Positions 28,114-36,710 of a stretch of DNA of 42,341 bases are shown here, piece by piece; within the stretch, counting starts at the first letter, position 1, and each line of letters begins with the position of its first letter. The notes under the pieces were generated by a model that was not told where the DNA came from, searched no databases, and saw nothing but the letters and a program-made list of their open reading frames with translations. The translations under genes were made by a program, and so were the position numbers. Source of the stretch: Pseudomonadota bacterium. Its GTDB lineage: Bacteria > Pseudomonadota > Gammaproteobacteria > Burkholderiales > Gallionellaceae. The stretch spans positions 1 to 42,341 of the forward strand of contig JAJXTT010000001.1 in assembly GCA_021783525.1 (NCBI GenBank), given 5' to 3'.

Positions 28114-29938
28114 TTCGCGCATCTTCACCATCATCCTTCACGACATCCTGGCGGCGGCTTTCGCCTGGCTGGCTGGCTATTGGCTGCGCTTCAATCTGGC
28201 AGTGCCGTCCGAATTCCAGGCTGCAGCGGTGTCAACCTTGCTTTGGGTGATGCCGCTGCAGGCCGTGGTGTTCTGGCGCTTTGGCCTGTACCGCGGGATC
28301 TGGCGCTTTGCAAGCCTGCCCGATCTCAAGCGCATTGTGCTCGCGGTGGGGATTGCAGCGCTGCTGGTACCTGTGATGTTGATCCTGTTCCGCGTCAGTG
28401 CGGTGGTACCGCGCTCCGTGCTGATTCTCGACCCCCTTCTGCTGCTCATCGCGATGGGCGGCAGCCGTCTGGCTTATCGCGCCTGGAAGGAGCACCGCCT
28501 GGCCAGCGTGCTGCACCCGGACAGCAAGCCCGTGCTGGTGGCGGGAGCCGGTTCGGCGGCCGACTTCCTGTTGCGCGAACTGGCCCGCAATCCGTCAGGC
28601 TTCCATGTGGTGGGTCTGCTGGACGACAGCCGCGACAAGCAGGGGCGGCTGGTGCAGGGCATCCCGGTGCTGGGTGGGCTGGACGAGGTGACAGCCTGGG
28701 CGAAGAAGATGGAGGTCGACGATGTGGTGCTGGCACTGCCATCGGCCGCGCATGCAGTACGCAAGCGCATCACCCAGGTCTGTGCCGATGCCGGCCTGAA
28801 TGTGATGACGATTCCGTCGCTCGAGGATCTGGTGGCGGGCCGGGTGTCGGTGTCGAGCCTGCGCCGCATCGAGCTCGACGACTTGCTGGGACGCGATCCG
28901 GTGCAGCTCGACGACAGCGGCCTGCATCATCTGCTCACCGGCCAGGTGGTGATGGTGACCGGGGCCGGGGGCTCGATCGGTTCCGAGCTGTGCCGCCAGA
29001 TCGCGCGCTTCAAGCCGGCGAAGCTGGTGCTGTTCGAGCAGTCCGAGCTGGCGCTGTACGCGATGGAACAGGAGTTGCCCCAGCGTTTTCCTGAGCTGCA
29101 GATCGCACCGGTGATCGGCGACGTGAAAAACGCCGCCTGGATGAGCCGGGTGATGGCCGAGCACCGTCCCGCCGTGATATTCCATGCAGCGGCCTACAAG
29201 CACGTGCCGCTTATGGAGAATGACAATGCATGGGAAGCGGTACGCAACAACGTGCTCGGAACGCAGGTGGTCGCCGCGGCCGCGCAGGCGCATGGCGTCG
29301 CCAAGTTCGTGATGATCTCCACCGACAAGGCCGTCAACCCGACCAACGTCATGGGCGCGACCAAGCGGCTCGCCGAGATGGCCTGCCAGGCGATGCAGCA
29401 GCCGGGCGGCACACGCTTCGTGTCGGTGCGCTTCGGCAATGTGCTCGGCTCGTCCGGCAGCGTGATCCCCAAGTTCCAGAAGCAGATCGAGGCGGGCGGA
29501 CCGGTGACGGTGACGCATCCCGAGATCACGCGCTATTTCATGTCGATCCCGGAGGCGGCGCAGCTGGTGCTGCAGGCGGGGCTGATGGGCGAGGGCGGCG
29601 AGATCTTCGTGCTCGACATGGGCGAGCCGGTGAAGATCGCCGAACTGGCCAGGCTCATGATCCGCCTGTCGGGCGCGGACGAAGACCGCATCCGCATCGA
29701 ATACACCGGCCTGCGTCCAGGCGAAAAGCTCTACGAGGAACTGCTCGCCGACGACGAGTCGACGCTGCCGACGCCGCATCCCAAGTTGCGGGTGGCGAAG
29801 GCGCGCGCGGCCGACGCTGGCTGGTACACCGAGTGCATGGACTGGCTGGCCCACCCCGATATCTACGATGAAGCGACCGTCAAGGCCAAGTTGAAGAACT
29901 GGGTGCCGGAATACCAGCCGGAGACCCCGCCGGCATGA
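28103..29938 (+). CDS. Membrane-anchored UDP-GlcNAc 4,6-dehydratase (WbpM/CapD/PglF family)
   Basis: Four N-terminal TM helices, DDLLGRDP, TGAGGSIGSELCRQ, HAAAYKHVP, STDKAVNPTNVMGATK, RPGEKLYEELL. Confidence 0.93.
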   Translation: MNFNSRIFTIILHDILAAAFAWLAGYWLRFNLAVPSEFQAAAVSTLLWVMPLQAVVFWRFGLYRGIWRFASLPDLKRIVLAVGIAALLVPVMLILFRVSAVVPRSVLILDPLLLLIAMGGSRLAYRAWKEHRLASVLHPDSKPVLVAGAGSAADFLLRELARNPSGFHVVGLLDDSRDKQGRLVQGIPVLGGLDEVTAWAKKMEVDDVVLALPSAAHAVRKRITQVCADAGLNVMTIPSLEDLVAGRVSVSSLRRIELDDLLGRDPVQLDDSGLHHLLTGQVVMVTGAGGSIGSELCRQIARFKPAKLVLFEQSELALYAMEQELPQRFPELQIAPVIGDVKNAAWMSRVMAEHRPAVIFHAAAYKHVPLMENDNAWEAVRNNVLGTQVVAAAAQAHGVAKFVMISTDKAVNPTNVMGATKRLAEMACQAMQQPGGTRFVSVRFGNVLGSSGSVIPKFQKQIEAGGPVTVTHPEITRYFMSIPEAAQLVLQAGLMGEGGEIFVLDMGEPVKIAELARLMIRLSGADEDRIRIEYTGLRPGEKLYEELLADDESTLPTPHPKLRVAKARAADAGWYTECMDWLAHPDIYDEATVKAKLKNWVPEYQPETPPA

Positions 29939-31026
29939 GTGCCGTTCGGCTCGATCAGATTCGCCGCGTCCTCGTCATCAAGTGGAGCGCGCTGGGCGAC
30001 GTGGTGATCGCCAGCGCCCTGATGGAGGACATTGCGCGCGCATTGCCGCACGCCGAGATCCACCTCAATACGCAGCCGAATTGCGCTGGCCTGTTTGCGC
30101 ACGATCCGCGTTTTGCCGAGGTGTGGGCGATCGACGTGCGCAGCAAGGCGCACCGCTGGGCCAACAGCCTGGCCTGGCTGAAGAAAGTGCGTGCGGGCCG
30201 CTTCGATCTGGTGATCGACCTGCAGCGCTCGGACCATTCGCGCTTCCTGCTGTCGCTGCTTCTCCTCGTCGGCGGGGCGCCGCGCATCCGTGTCGGCAAC
30301 CGCGGCGGCTTTCCCTACACGCATCAGCCGGCGATTCGCAATGCGGACGCGCATGCGTTCCCGATGATGCAGTCGGTGCTGCAGGCGATCGGTATTCCCA
30401 CGACGACCTCGCATCCGGTCCTGTATCCGGCGGCCGATCGTTTGCCCGCAGTGGACGCGCTGCGGCGGCGGCATGGCCTGGAAGACGGGCGCTTCGTGGT
30501 GCTGCTGCCCGGCGCGGCCGCAGCCCATCCGCTCAAGCGCTGGGGCGCGGCGCGCTTTGCCGAACTCGCCCGCCTGCTGCACGCCCAGGGCGTGCCGAAG
30601 ATCGCCGTCGTCGGCGGGCCGGACGAGGTCGACGATTGCGCCGAGATCGCCGCGGTCGGCGATTATGTGGTGAACCTCAACGGCCAGCTGCAGCTGCTCG
30701 ACATCGCGCCGCTGTGCGCGGGGGCGATCGCGATCATCGGCAACGACACCGGCACTGCCCATTTTGCGTCGGCTGCCGAGCGCCCCCTGCTGGTGCTGTG
30801 CGGCCCGACCGATCCGCGCCGCGTCAAGCCCATCGGCCGTACGGCCGTTGCCGTGCAGGCGCAACTGCCGTGCCGCAGCTGCTACGCCAAGGTCTGCGCC
30901 AACCCCGACACCCAGGCCTGCATGAAGGCGATCACGCCGGAATGGGTGGCGGCGCGTCTGCCCGAACTGGCGGCGGGCGAAATGAAGCCGGGGCAGAATT
31001 GGCCCGGCGGCCTGCGCAGCTTTTGA
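29935..31026 (+). CDS. Glycosyltransferase family 9 (LPS heptosyltransferase-like)
   Basis: VIKWSALGDVV, FDLVIDLQ, LPGAA...KRW, IGNDTGTAHFASA, GPTDP, C-terminal C..C...C...CM motif. Confidence 0.9.
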   Translation: MSAVRLDQIRRVLVIKWSALGDVVIASALMEDIARALPHAEIHLNTQPNCAGLFAHDPRFAEVWAIDVRSKAHRWANSLAWLKKVRAGRFDLVIDLQRSDHSRFLLSLLLLVGGAPRIRVGNRGGFPYTHQPAIRNADAHAFPMMQSVLQAIGIPTTTSHPVLYPAADRLPAVDALRRRHGLEDGRFVVLLPGAAAAHPLKRWGAARFAELARLLHAQGVPKIAVVGGPDEVDDCAEIAAVGDYVVNLNGQLQLLDIAPLCAGAIAIIGNDTGTAHFASAAERPLLVLCGPTDPRRVKPIGRTAVAVQAQLPCRSCYAKVCANPDTQACMKAITPEWVAARLPELAAGEMKPGQNWPGGLRSF

Positions 31027-31034
31027 GAACGCCC

Positions 31035-32093
31035 ATGGCGAACACCCGCCTGCGCGTGAAAGTGCTCAGCAGCCTGCCGGCTGCGATCTGGATGCACCAG
31101 TTCCCGCACAACGAGCCGCTGTGGGGGGATTGCGAATTCACCTTCGAGCGCGATGCGCGCGACTACGACTGGCTGCTGGTGTACGACGATCTTCCAGAGC
31201 GCCCGGGCGAGCCGAAGAAGACCACGCGCGAGGACCTCGCCTGCCCGCGCGCGCATACCCTGCTGGTGAGCAGCGAGCCGTCGTCGGTGAAGATCTACGG
31301 CAACAGCTTTACCCGCCAGTTCGGCGCGGTGCTGACGAGCCAGCCGGAGTGGGCGCTGCCGCATCCGCAGCGCATCTTTTCGCAGCCGGCGCTGCACTGG
31401 TTCTACGGCATGGGCCGCCGCACGATCCTGCCGTTCGACCGCATGCTCGACGAACCGCCTGTCGACAAGCGCCGCGCCGTGTCGATGGTGTATTCGCCCA
31501 AGGCGATGCGCCACACGCTGCACTACCACCGTGCCCGCTTCATGCGCTGGCTGGTCGAGCACATGCCGGAGCTCGACACCTTCGGCCGCGAGACCGCGCG
31601 CCCGTTGGACGACAAGGCCGACTGCCTGCGCGATTACCGCTATCACGTCGCGATCGAAAACTTCATCGGCGAACATCACTGGACGGAGAAGCTGGCCGAC
31701 CCGTTCCTCGGGCTGTCACTGCCTTTCTATTACGGCTGCCCGAATGCCGAGGCGTATTTCCCCGCGGACAGTTTCGTCCGCATCGACATCCACGACCCCC
31801 AGGGCGCGCTCCGGACCATCCGCGCAGCGATCGCCAGCAACGAATACGAGAAACGCCTGCCTGCGCTGATGGAGGCGCGGCGGCGGGTGATGTTCGAATA
31901 CAACCTGTTTGCCGTGGCGGCGCGCGAGATCGCACGGCTGCATCGTGCCGATGCGCAGGCCGAGCCGGGCGCCGCCATCCTGTCGCGCCGCGCGCTGCGG
32001 CTGTCCAGTCCGTTGGTGGCGCTGCGCGATGTCTACGGCAAGCTGCGCGGGCGCCTGCGGCATCTGCCGGGCGCGCTCAGCGGCCGTTCATAG
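31035..32093 (+). CDS. Glycosyltransferase family 10 (alpha-1,3/4-fucosyltransferase-like)
   Basis: SSEP, then DDKADCLRDYRYHVAIEN...HWTEKLADPFLG.SLPFYYG....FPADSFVRI, matching the GT10 nucleotide-binding motif. True start ATG 31035 lies inside the 703-aa track ORF. Confidence 0.75.
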   Translation: MANTRLRVKVLSSLPAAIWMHQFPHNEPLWGDCEFTFERDARDYDWLLVYDDLPERPGEPKKTTREDLACPRAHTLLVSSEPSSVKIYGNSFTRQFGAVLTSQPEWALPHPQRIFSQPALHWFYGMGRRTILPFDRMLDEPPVDKRRAVSMVYSPKAMRHTLHYHRARFMRWLVEHMPELDTFGRETARPLDDKADCLRDYRYHVAIENFIGEHHWTEKLADPFLGLSLPFYYGCPNAEAYFPADSFVRIDIHDPQGALRTIRAAIASNEYEKRLPALMEARRRVMFEYNLFAVAAREIARLHRADAQAEPGAAILSRRALRLSSPLVALRDVYGKLRGRLRHLPGALSGRS

Positions 32094-32097
32094 CAAA

Positions 32098-33237
32098 TCA
32101 GCGGCGCGGGGTGCGTGCGAGTTGCGCGTACAACGCCAGGGTCTGCTCCAGCATCGCCTGCAGCGGAAAGAAATCGCCTGCCGGAACCGGCTCCGGGTGC
32201 TGCAGCAGGTGGGCGATGCGCTGGCCAGTCTCGTCGATGCGGTCGAGCGGCAGCAGGCCGGAAGGATAGACGACACGCAGGATTTCGCCGACACCGCCAT
32301 GGTCATAACCCGCCGTCGGCACGCCAAGCCGCAGCGCCTCCAGCGTGGTGCGCCCGAACGATTCGGGTTGCGTCGAGAGCGACAGCACCAGGCTGGACAT
32401 CGCCAGGATATTCTTCAGGTCGTCGCGCTGTCCGGTGAAGCTGATGTCAGGTTGCAGTCCCATGCTGCGCACGCGGTAGCGCAGCTTGTGCAAATAGCGC
32501 TGCTTGGACGCCGACGCGCCGCCGACGATCAGGCCATGCACCGGCAGGCCGCGGCGCTTCATCCGCGCAACCAGTTCGATGAAGTCCTCGTGTCCCTTGA
32601 GGCGGGTGATGCGGCCGGGCAGGGTGAGCAGCAGCTTGCCGGCTGCATTCGGAAACTGCGCGAAAAATGCCTGCTGCCACGCGGGGTCGGGTTTCCAGCC
32701 ATGCGGATAGGCCGCGCCATCGACGCCGCGATGGATGACCTCGATGCGCCACGGCGGCGTGTCGGGATATTCGCGCAGGATGTAGTCGCGCACGGTGTTC
32801 GATACCGCGATGACCCGCTCGCCCTGCGTCATGATGCGGCTGTAGCGGTTGACGCCGTACAGGCCGTGCACTGTGGTGACAAAACGCGGGCGCGTGGCCG
32901 GGTCCATGCCGCGCCAGGCCAGAAAGGCGATCCACGCGGGCACGCGCGAGCGCGCATGGATGACGTCGACCTGCTGCTCCAGCAGGAACTTCCGCAGCTT
33001 GCCGACCAGCAGCAGCGTTCTGAAGGCTTTCTCGCCGATCGGCCACGCAAAATGTTCGGCACCGCTTCCGGTCAGCGGAGTGACCAGCCGCCCGCCTGCC
33101 GACATCACCAGCGCCCGATGCCCGTGTTCGACCAGTGCATGGGCGATTTCGAGGGTGCCGCGTTCCACGCCGCCGGACTCGAGCGCGGGCAGCATTTGCA
33201 GGACGGTCAGTTTGTTCTGTTCTCGTTCTTCAGCCAT
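32098..33237 (-). CDS. Glycosyltransferase family 4 (LPS-core type)
   Basis: VLQMLPALESGGVERGT, IHARSRVPAW, TTVHG, PGRITRLKG, PESFGRTTLEAL. Confidence 0.9.
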   Translation of the reverse strand: MAEEREQNKLTVLQMLPALESGGVERGTLEIAHALVEHGHRALVMSAGGRLVTPLTGSGAEHFAWPIGEKAFRTLLLVGKLRKFLLEQQVDVIHARSRVPAWIAFLAWRGMDPATRPRFVTTVHGLYGVNRYSRIMTQGERVIAVSNTVRDYILREYPDTPPWRIEVIHRGVDGAAYPHGWKPDPAWQQAFFAQFPNAAGKLLLTLPGRITRLKGHEDFIELVARMKRRGLPVHGLIVGGASASKQRYLHKLRYRVRSMGLQPDISFTGQRDDLKNILAMSSLVLSLSTQPESFGRTTLEALRLGVPTAGYDHGGVGEILRVVYPSGLLPLDRIDETGQRIAHLLQHPEPVPAGDFFPLQAMLEQTLALYAQLARTPRR

Positions 33238-34172
33238 TCAAGAATCCAGGTTGCACAGCGATCCGCCTCGGCCAGCGGATGCAGGTTGGGGTGAAGCGTG
33301 CCCCTCGCGCACCACGTCACGAAGCGGGTGATGCGCTGCGCGTCGGCGAGCTGCGCAATCGCCTGGCCGACACGGCTTTTCGGCTTGACCGGCAGGTCGA
33401 ACACGCCGACATCGGCGCCCGCAGACAGCGCTTCGAACACCATCGAAGCGCTGTCGGGCGTCACCCACACCGTGCCGCTGCGGGCAAGCCGGTCGGGCAG
33501 CCAATCGGGCGACGTGGCGGTGTGGGGCACAACGGTCAGGTTGGGGGAAGGGGGGAGTTCAGCCAGAAATTCTGCCGGCGTGCGGCGCGATGTGGTCAGG
33601 GTCCAGTGCGTCTCCGGGGTGCGCGCGAGCATGCTCTTGATCTGCAGCTGGATCGCGTCGCTGTGCCATTCGAAATGCGGCGAAACGCCGCCGATCAGTA
33701 GCAAACCTTGGCGCGCATCGCGAGTCGCCGCAGGGCGGATGCGGTTCAATGCCCCTTCGGTCACCAGCGTGCGCGCATCTGCCGCGATGCCATCGTGCCG
33801 GGGAAGGATGCACAAGTCGAACCAGCGGCGCGGCAGGCTCGGCTTCATCAGTACCACCGCGCGCCCGCCGCGCGCGCGCCGCGCCGCCAGCAGGGTCAGG
33901 TGCGTGGCGTGGCCGGCGCCCACGATCAGATCGGGTGAGGGAAGCGCCGTGCCGGGCGAGCGTTTCAGCCACCACGCCAGCCACGCGCGCCAGGCCGGCA
34001 GCGCGGGGAGGGTGCGAATTTCGCTGGGGGTGGCGCGCGCCAGCGCCTCGGCCAAGCCCAGCGACTGGTTCACGTGCCCCGGCTTGCCGTCGCTGACGAT
34101 CCAGACACGCAGCGGCGGATCGCTGGCGACGGATTCAGACAACGGGCTGCCCCATAACGTCGTGCAGCCCAT
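33207..34172 (-). CDS. ELM1/DUF1022-family (GtrOC1-like) protein
   Basis: WIVSDGKPGHVNQSLGLAEAL, PDLIVGAG, P.HD, LLIGG, TTSRRTP, VWVTPDSASMVFEA. Start is 34172 or TTG 34142. Confidence 0.85.
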   Translation of the reverse strand: MGCTTLWGSPLSESVASDPPLRVWIVSDGKPGHVNQSLGLAEALARATPSEIRTLPALPAWRAWLAWWLKRSPGTALPSPDLIVGAGHATHLTLLAARRARGGRAVVLMKPSLPRRWFDLCILPRHDGIAADARTLVTEGALNRIRPAATRDARQGLLLIGGVSPHFEWHSDAIQLQIKSMLARTPETHWTLTTSRRTPAEFLAELPPSPNLTVVPHTATSPDWLPDRLARSGTVWVTPDSASMVFEALSAGADVGVFDLPVKPKSRVGQAIAQLADAQRITRFVTWCARGTLHPNLHPLAEADRCATWILEWLKNENRTN

Positions 34173-34345
34173 TCCCTGTCATTGTCGGCCGGACTTCGCG
34201 CGGCCAGACCTGCGCAGGCCGGGCAGTGTTTTCATCGAGTGACGGAAGGTCAGGGGACATGACGTAAGCGGCGCGGCTTGAGTGGCGCAAAGTGTAAACC
34301 ATTCCGTCAGGACGACCCGAAAGCCGGTCGCGCGTGCGCCCCGTG

Positions 34346-35452
34346 CTAGAGCGCCTCGGACCACCTGCGGTCAAGCATCGCCTGCCAGCCGTAGGGCGCG
34401 GGGTCGAGTACGGGCGTGCGGCCCTGCATCACGTCGACCAGCAGTTCCGCCGCGGCGGGCGCCATCGTCACGCCATAGCGGAAGTGCCCGGTGTTGACGA
34501 ACGCGTTGTCGAAATCGGGGTGACGGTCGATGACCGGGATGTTGTCGGGCGAGCCGGGGCGCAGACCGGCCCAGTGCTGCACCGGCTGCAAGCCGGTCAG
34601 CGCCGGCAGCAGCTCGGCGGCTTCGCCATGCAGGCGCTGGCGCGTGGCATCGTCGGTCGACGTGTCGAATCCGGCGTCTTCGAGCGTGCTGCCCACCAGC
34701 ACATGACCATCGCGACGCGGGATCAGGTACAGGCCCCTGCGATACAGGATCGTGTCGAGCACACCGGGCTGCAACCTGAACAGCAGCATCTGCCCGCGAA
34801 TCGGCCGAATCTGCGGAACGGGCGCCAGCCCGGCCAGGCTCAGGCCGGACCATGCCCCGGTGGTCAGCACCACGCTGTCTGCGGGCAACGTGTCCAGGCT
34901 TGTCTGCACCGCCGTAACCCGTCTGCCCTGCGTCAGCACCCCGGTGGCGGGACAATGCTCCCGTATCACGCCGCCCAGCTGCACCACGGCCGCGTGCATC
35001 GCGGCCACCAGGCGCGGGTTGCGCACCTGCGCCACGTCGGGGAGCCAGACGGGCGCTTGCTCGCAGGCGCTGGGCGCGGCTTGCAGGATGTCCGGACAGC
35101 CCTGTTCCCCCGCCATCCCGTGCTGCGCGCACCAGGCCAGCGCCCGTTCCGGCGCGGCCACGTCCAGCGCCAGCATCCCGCAGCGCCAGAATTCCGCGTC
35201 CTGGCCGGATGTGGCTTCAATTCCTGCCACCCAGTCGGCATAGATTGCCATCGAGTGCAATGCGAGCGTGGAAACGGGGCCGGGATAGTCCCAGGGCAGC
35301 AGCGGAGAGAGGATGCCGCCCCCGGCCCAGGACGACTCGCCGCCGGTCCGGCCGCGTTCCAGCAGGGTCACCCCATGGCCGCGTCGCAGCAGCGCCAGCG
35401 CAACGCTCAGGCCCGACACGCCGCCGCCAACCACGAGCGTGTGCCCGCTCAA
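34346..35452 (-). CDS. thiO: Glycine oxidase / D-amino acid oxidase family FAD enzyme
   Basis: VVGGGVSG, ESSWAGGGIL.P, QVRNPRL, PIRGQM, WAGLRPGS, GHFRYG; TTG 35452 with GAGGGG RBS; same position beside the minor-pilin genes as in Pseudomonas. Confidence 0.85.
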   Translation of the reverse strand: MSGHTLVVGGGVSGLSVALALLRRGHGVTLLERGRTGGESSWAGGGILSPLLPWDYPGPVSTLALHSMAIYADWVAGIEATSGQDAEFWRCGMLALDVAAPERALAWCAQHGMAGEQGCPDILQAAPSACEQAPVWLPDVAQVRNPRLVAAMHAAVVQLGGVIREHCPATGVLTQGRRVTAVQTSLDTLPADSVVLTTGAWSGLSLAGLAPVPQIRPIRGQMLLFRLQPGVLDTILYRRGLYLIPRRDGHVLVGSTLEDAGFDTSTDDATRQRLHGEAAELLPALTGLQPVQHWAGLRPGSPDNIPVIDRHPDFDNAFVNTGHFRYGVTMAPAAAELLVDVMQGRTPVLDPAPYGWQAMLDRRWSEAL

Positions 35453-35679
35453 GCCGTGTTCCCCTCGGGCGCAATGAAATAAGGATCGTGTGACATGGCC
35501 GCATTCTAGGGAGGATTCCCCGCGCTGGCCATGCGTCACCCACGGCGCGCCCCTACAGAATTTGCGTCGTGTGCCGTAATCAGCAGATAGCGCAATTCCG
35601 GTTGCGGAGAGAGGGGGGCGGGCGCGTTGAACGCCGATTCCCGCCTGTTCGCCCAAAAACGCCAGTCATCGGCCAACCG

Positions 35680-35695
35680 TGGCACCTTGCCTGCG
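35680..35695 (+). promoter_or_regulatory. Putative sigma-54 (-24/-12) promoter for the minor pilin operon
   Basis: TGGCACCTTGCCTGCG: TGGCAC with GG(35681-82)-N10-GC(35693-94), about 40 nt upstream of the pilE ATG. Confidence 0.65.
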
Positions 35696-35733
35696 CGACG
35701 ATTAGGATCCAGGACATACAAAAGGGACGAGAG

Positions 35734-36132
35734 ATGAAGCCAGGCAGACAAAACGGGTTCACACTGATCGAGCTGATGATCACCGTGGCGATCATTGCCA
35801 TTCTGGCGGCGATCGCCTATCCGGCCTATACGCAACACGTCGTTCGTGGCAACCGCGCGGCAGCGCAGGCGCAGATGATGGATATCGCGAACCGCCAGCA
35901 GCAATACTTTCTCGCCAACCGGGGATACGCGTCCAGCGTGAATGACCTGGGGTATACGATGCCGCCAAATGTGCAGGCGAAGTATGCGCTGAACCCGGCG
36001 AATATGGGCGTGAACAATGCTGCAAGCCCACCTGTTTTCACCATTACCTTCGTCCCATCGGGTTCGCAGGCCAGCGATGGCAACCTGACCCTCAATAGCC
36101 AAGGCGACAAAACGCCCGCAGCAAAATGGTAA
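35734..36132 (+). CDS. pilE: Type IV minor pilin PilE
   Basis: G|FTLIELMITVAIIAILAAIAYPAY...R.NR..AQ, L.LNSQG.K..W; GGGA/GAG RBS. Confidence 0.9.
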   Translation: MKPGRQNGFTLIELMITVAIIAILAAIAYPAYTQHVVRGNRAAAQAQMMDIANRQQQYFLANRGYASSVNDLGYTMPPNVQAKYALNPANMGVNNAASPPVFTITFVPSGSQASDGNLTLNSQGDKTPAAKW

Positions 36133-36710
36133 CGAACCGACCCTTGACCCGGGTGAAGGCCCAGCACGGCACCACGCTGCTCGAGGTGCTGGTCACCATC
36201 GTCATCCTCACGATCGGCCTGCTGGGTCTGGCCGGCCTGCAAACCCGCCTGCAGTCATCCGAAATGGAAGCCTATCAGCGTTCGCAGGCGCTGATCCTGC
36301 TGAACGACATGGCCAGCCGCATCGCCACCAACCGCGCCAACGCGGCGAACTATGCCGTGGCCGCCCCCACGACGTCGCCGCTGGGCGTGGGTGCGGACTG
36401 CGCACCCGCCGGTACCTCGACCCAGGAAGTCGACGCCAGCCAGTGGTGCGAAGCACTGCAGGGCGCGGCGGAAACCCTGAGCACCAGCAGCGTTGGCGCC
36501 ATGGTCGGTGGACGCGGCTGCGTCGAGTCACTCGGCAGCGGCGAATACCGCATCACCGTCGCGTGGCAAGGGCTGACTCCCATGACGGGGCCGGCCTCCA
36601 GCTGCGGCACCGGCCTCTACGCAGGCGCAACCGGCACGGCTTGCACCGGCGACCTGTGCCGCCGCACCGTCACCACCATCGTTCGCATTGGCGATCTGAC
36701 CGCATCATGA
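36126..36710 (+). CDS. pilV: Type IV pilus modification protein PilV
   Basis: G|TTLLEVLVTIVILTIGLLGLAGLQ, QRSQA..L.NDMASRIATN, ITVAW. Confidence 0.9.
   Translation: MVTNRPLTRVKAQHGTTLLEVLVTIVILTIGLLGLAGLQTRLQSSEMEAYQRSQALILLNDMASRIATNRANAANYAVAAPTTSPLGVGADCAPAGTSTQEVDASQWCEALQGAAETLSTSSVGAMVGGRGCVESLGSGEYRITVAWQGLTPMTGPASSCGTGLYAGATGTACTGDLCRRTVTTIVRIGDLTAS

Noticed and set aside
28595-29854. 419-aa antisense ORF (and similar ones at 27052-28134, 29863-30864, 31909-33294, 34334-35482)
   Set aside because: Shadow frames opposite well-supported GC-rich genes; no motifs.
29982-31034. N-terminal half of the 703-aa track ORF, suggesting a large fusion protein
   Set aside because: It overlaps the GT9 gene in another frame and is Arg/Ala/Pro-rich; a stop-free frame caused by high GC. 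The real gene starts at 31035.
34135-34260. 41-codon minus-strand ORF (MSPDLPSL...GQPVV) between thiO and the ELM1-like gene
   Set aside because: No RBS or recognisable family; only a vague resemblance to small Zn-finger proteins and it has no Cys.
35453-35733. TPP riboswitch upstream of thiO
   Set aside because: The conserved GCTGAGA and ACCTGA core elements were not found on the minus strand.
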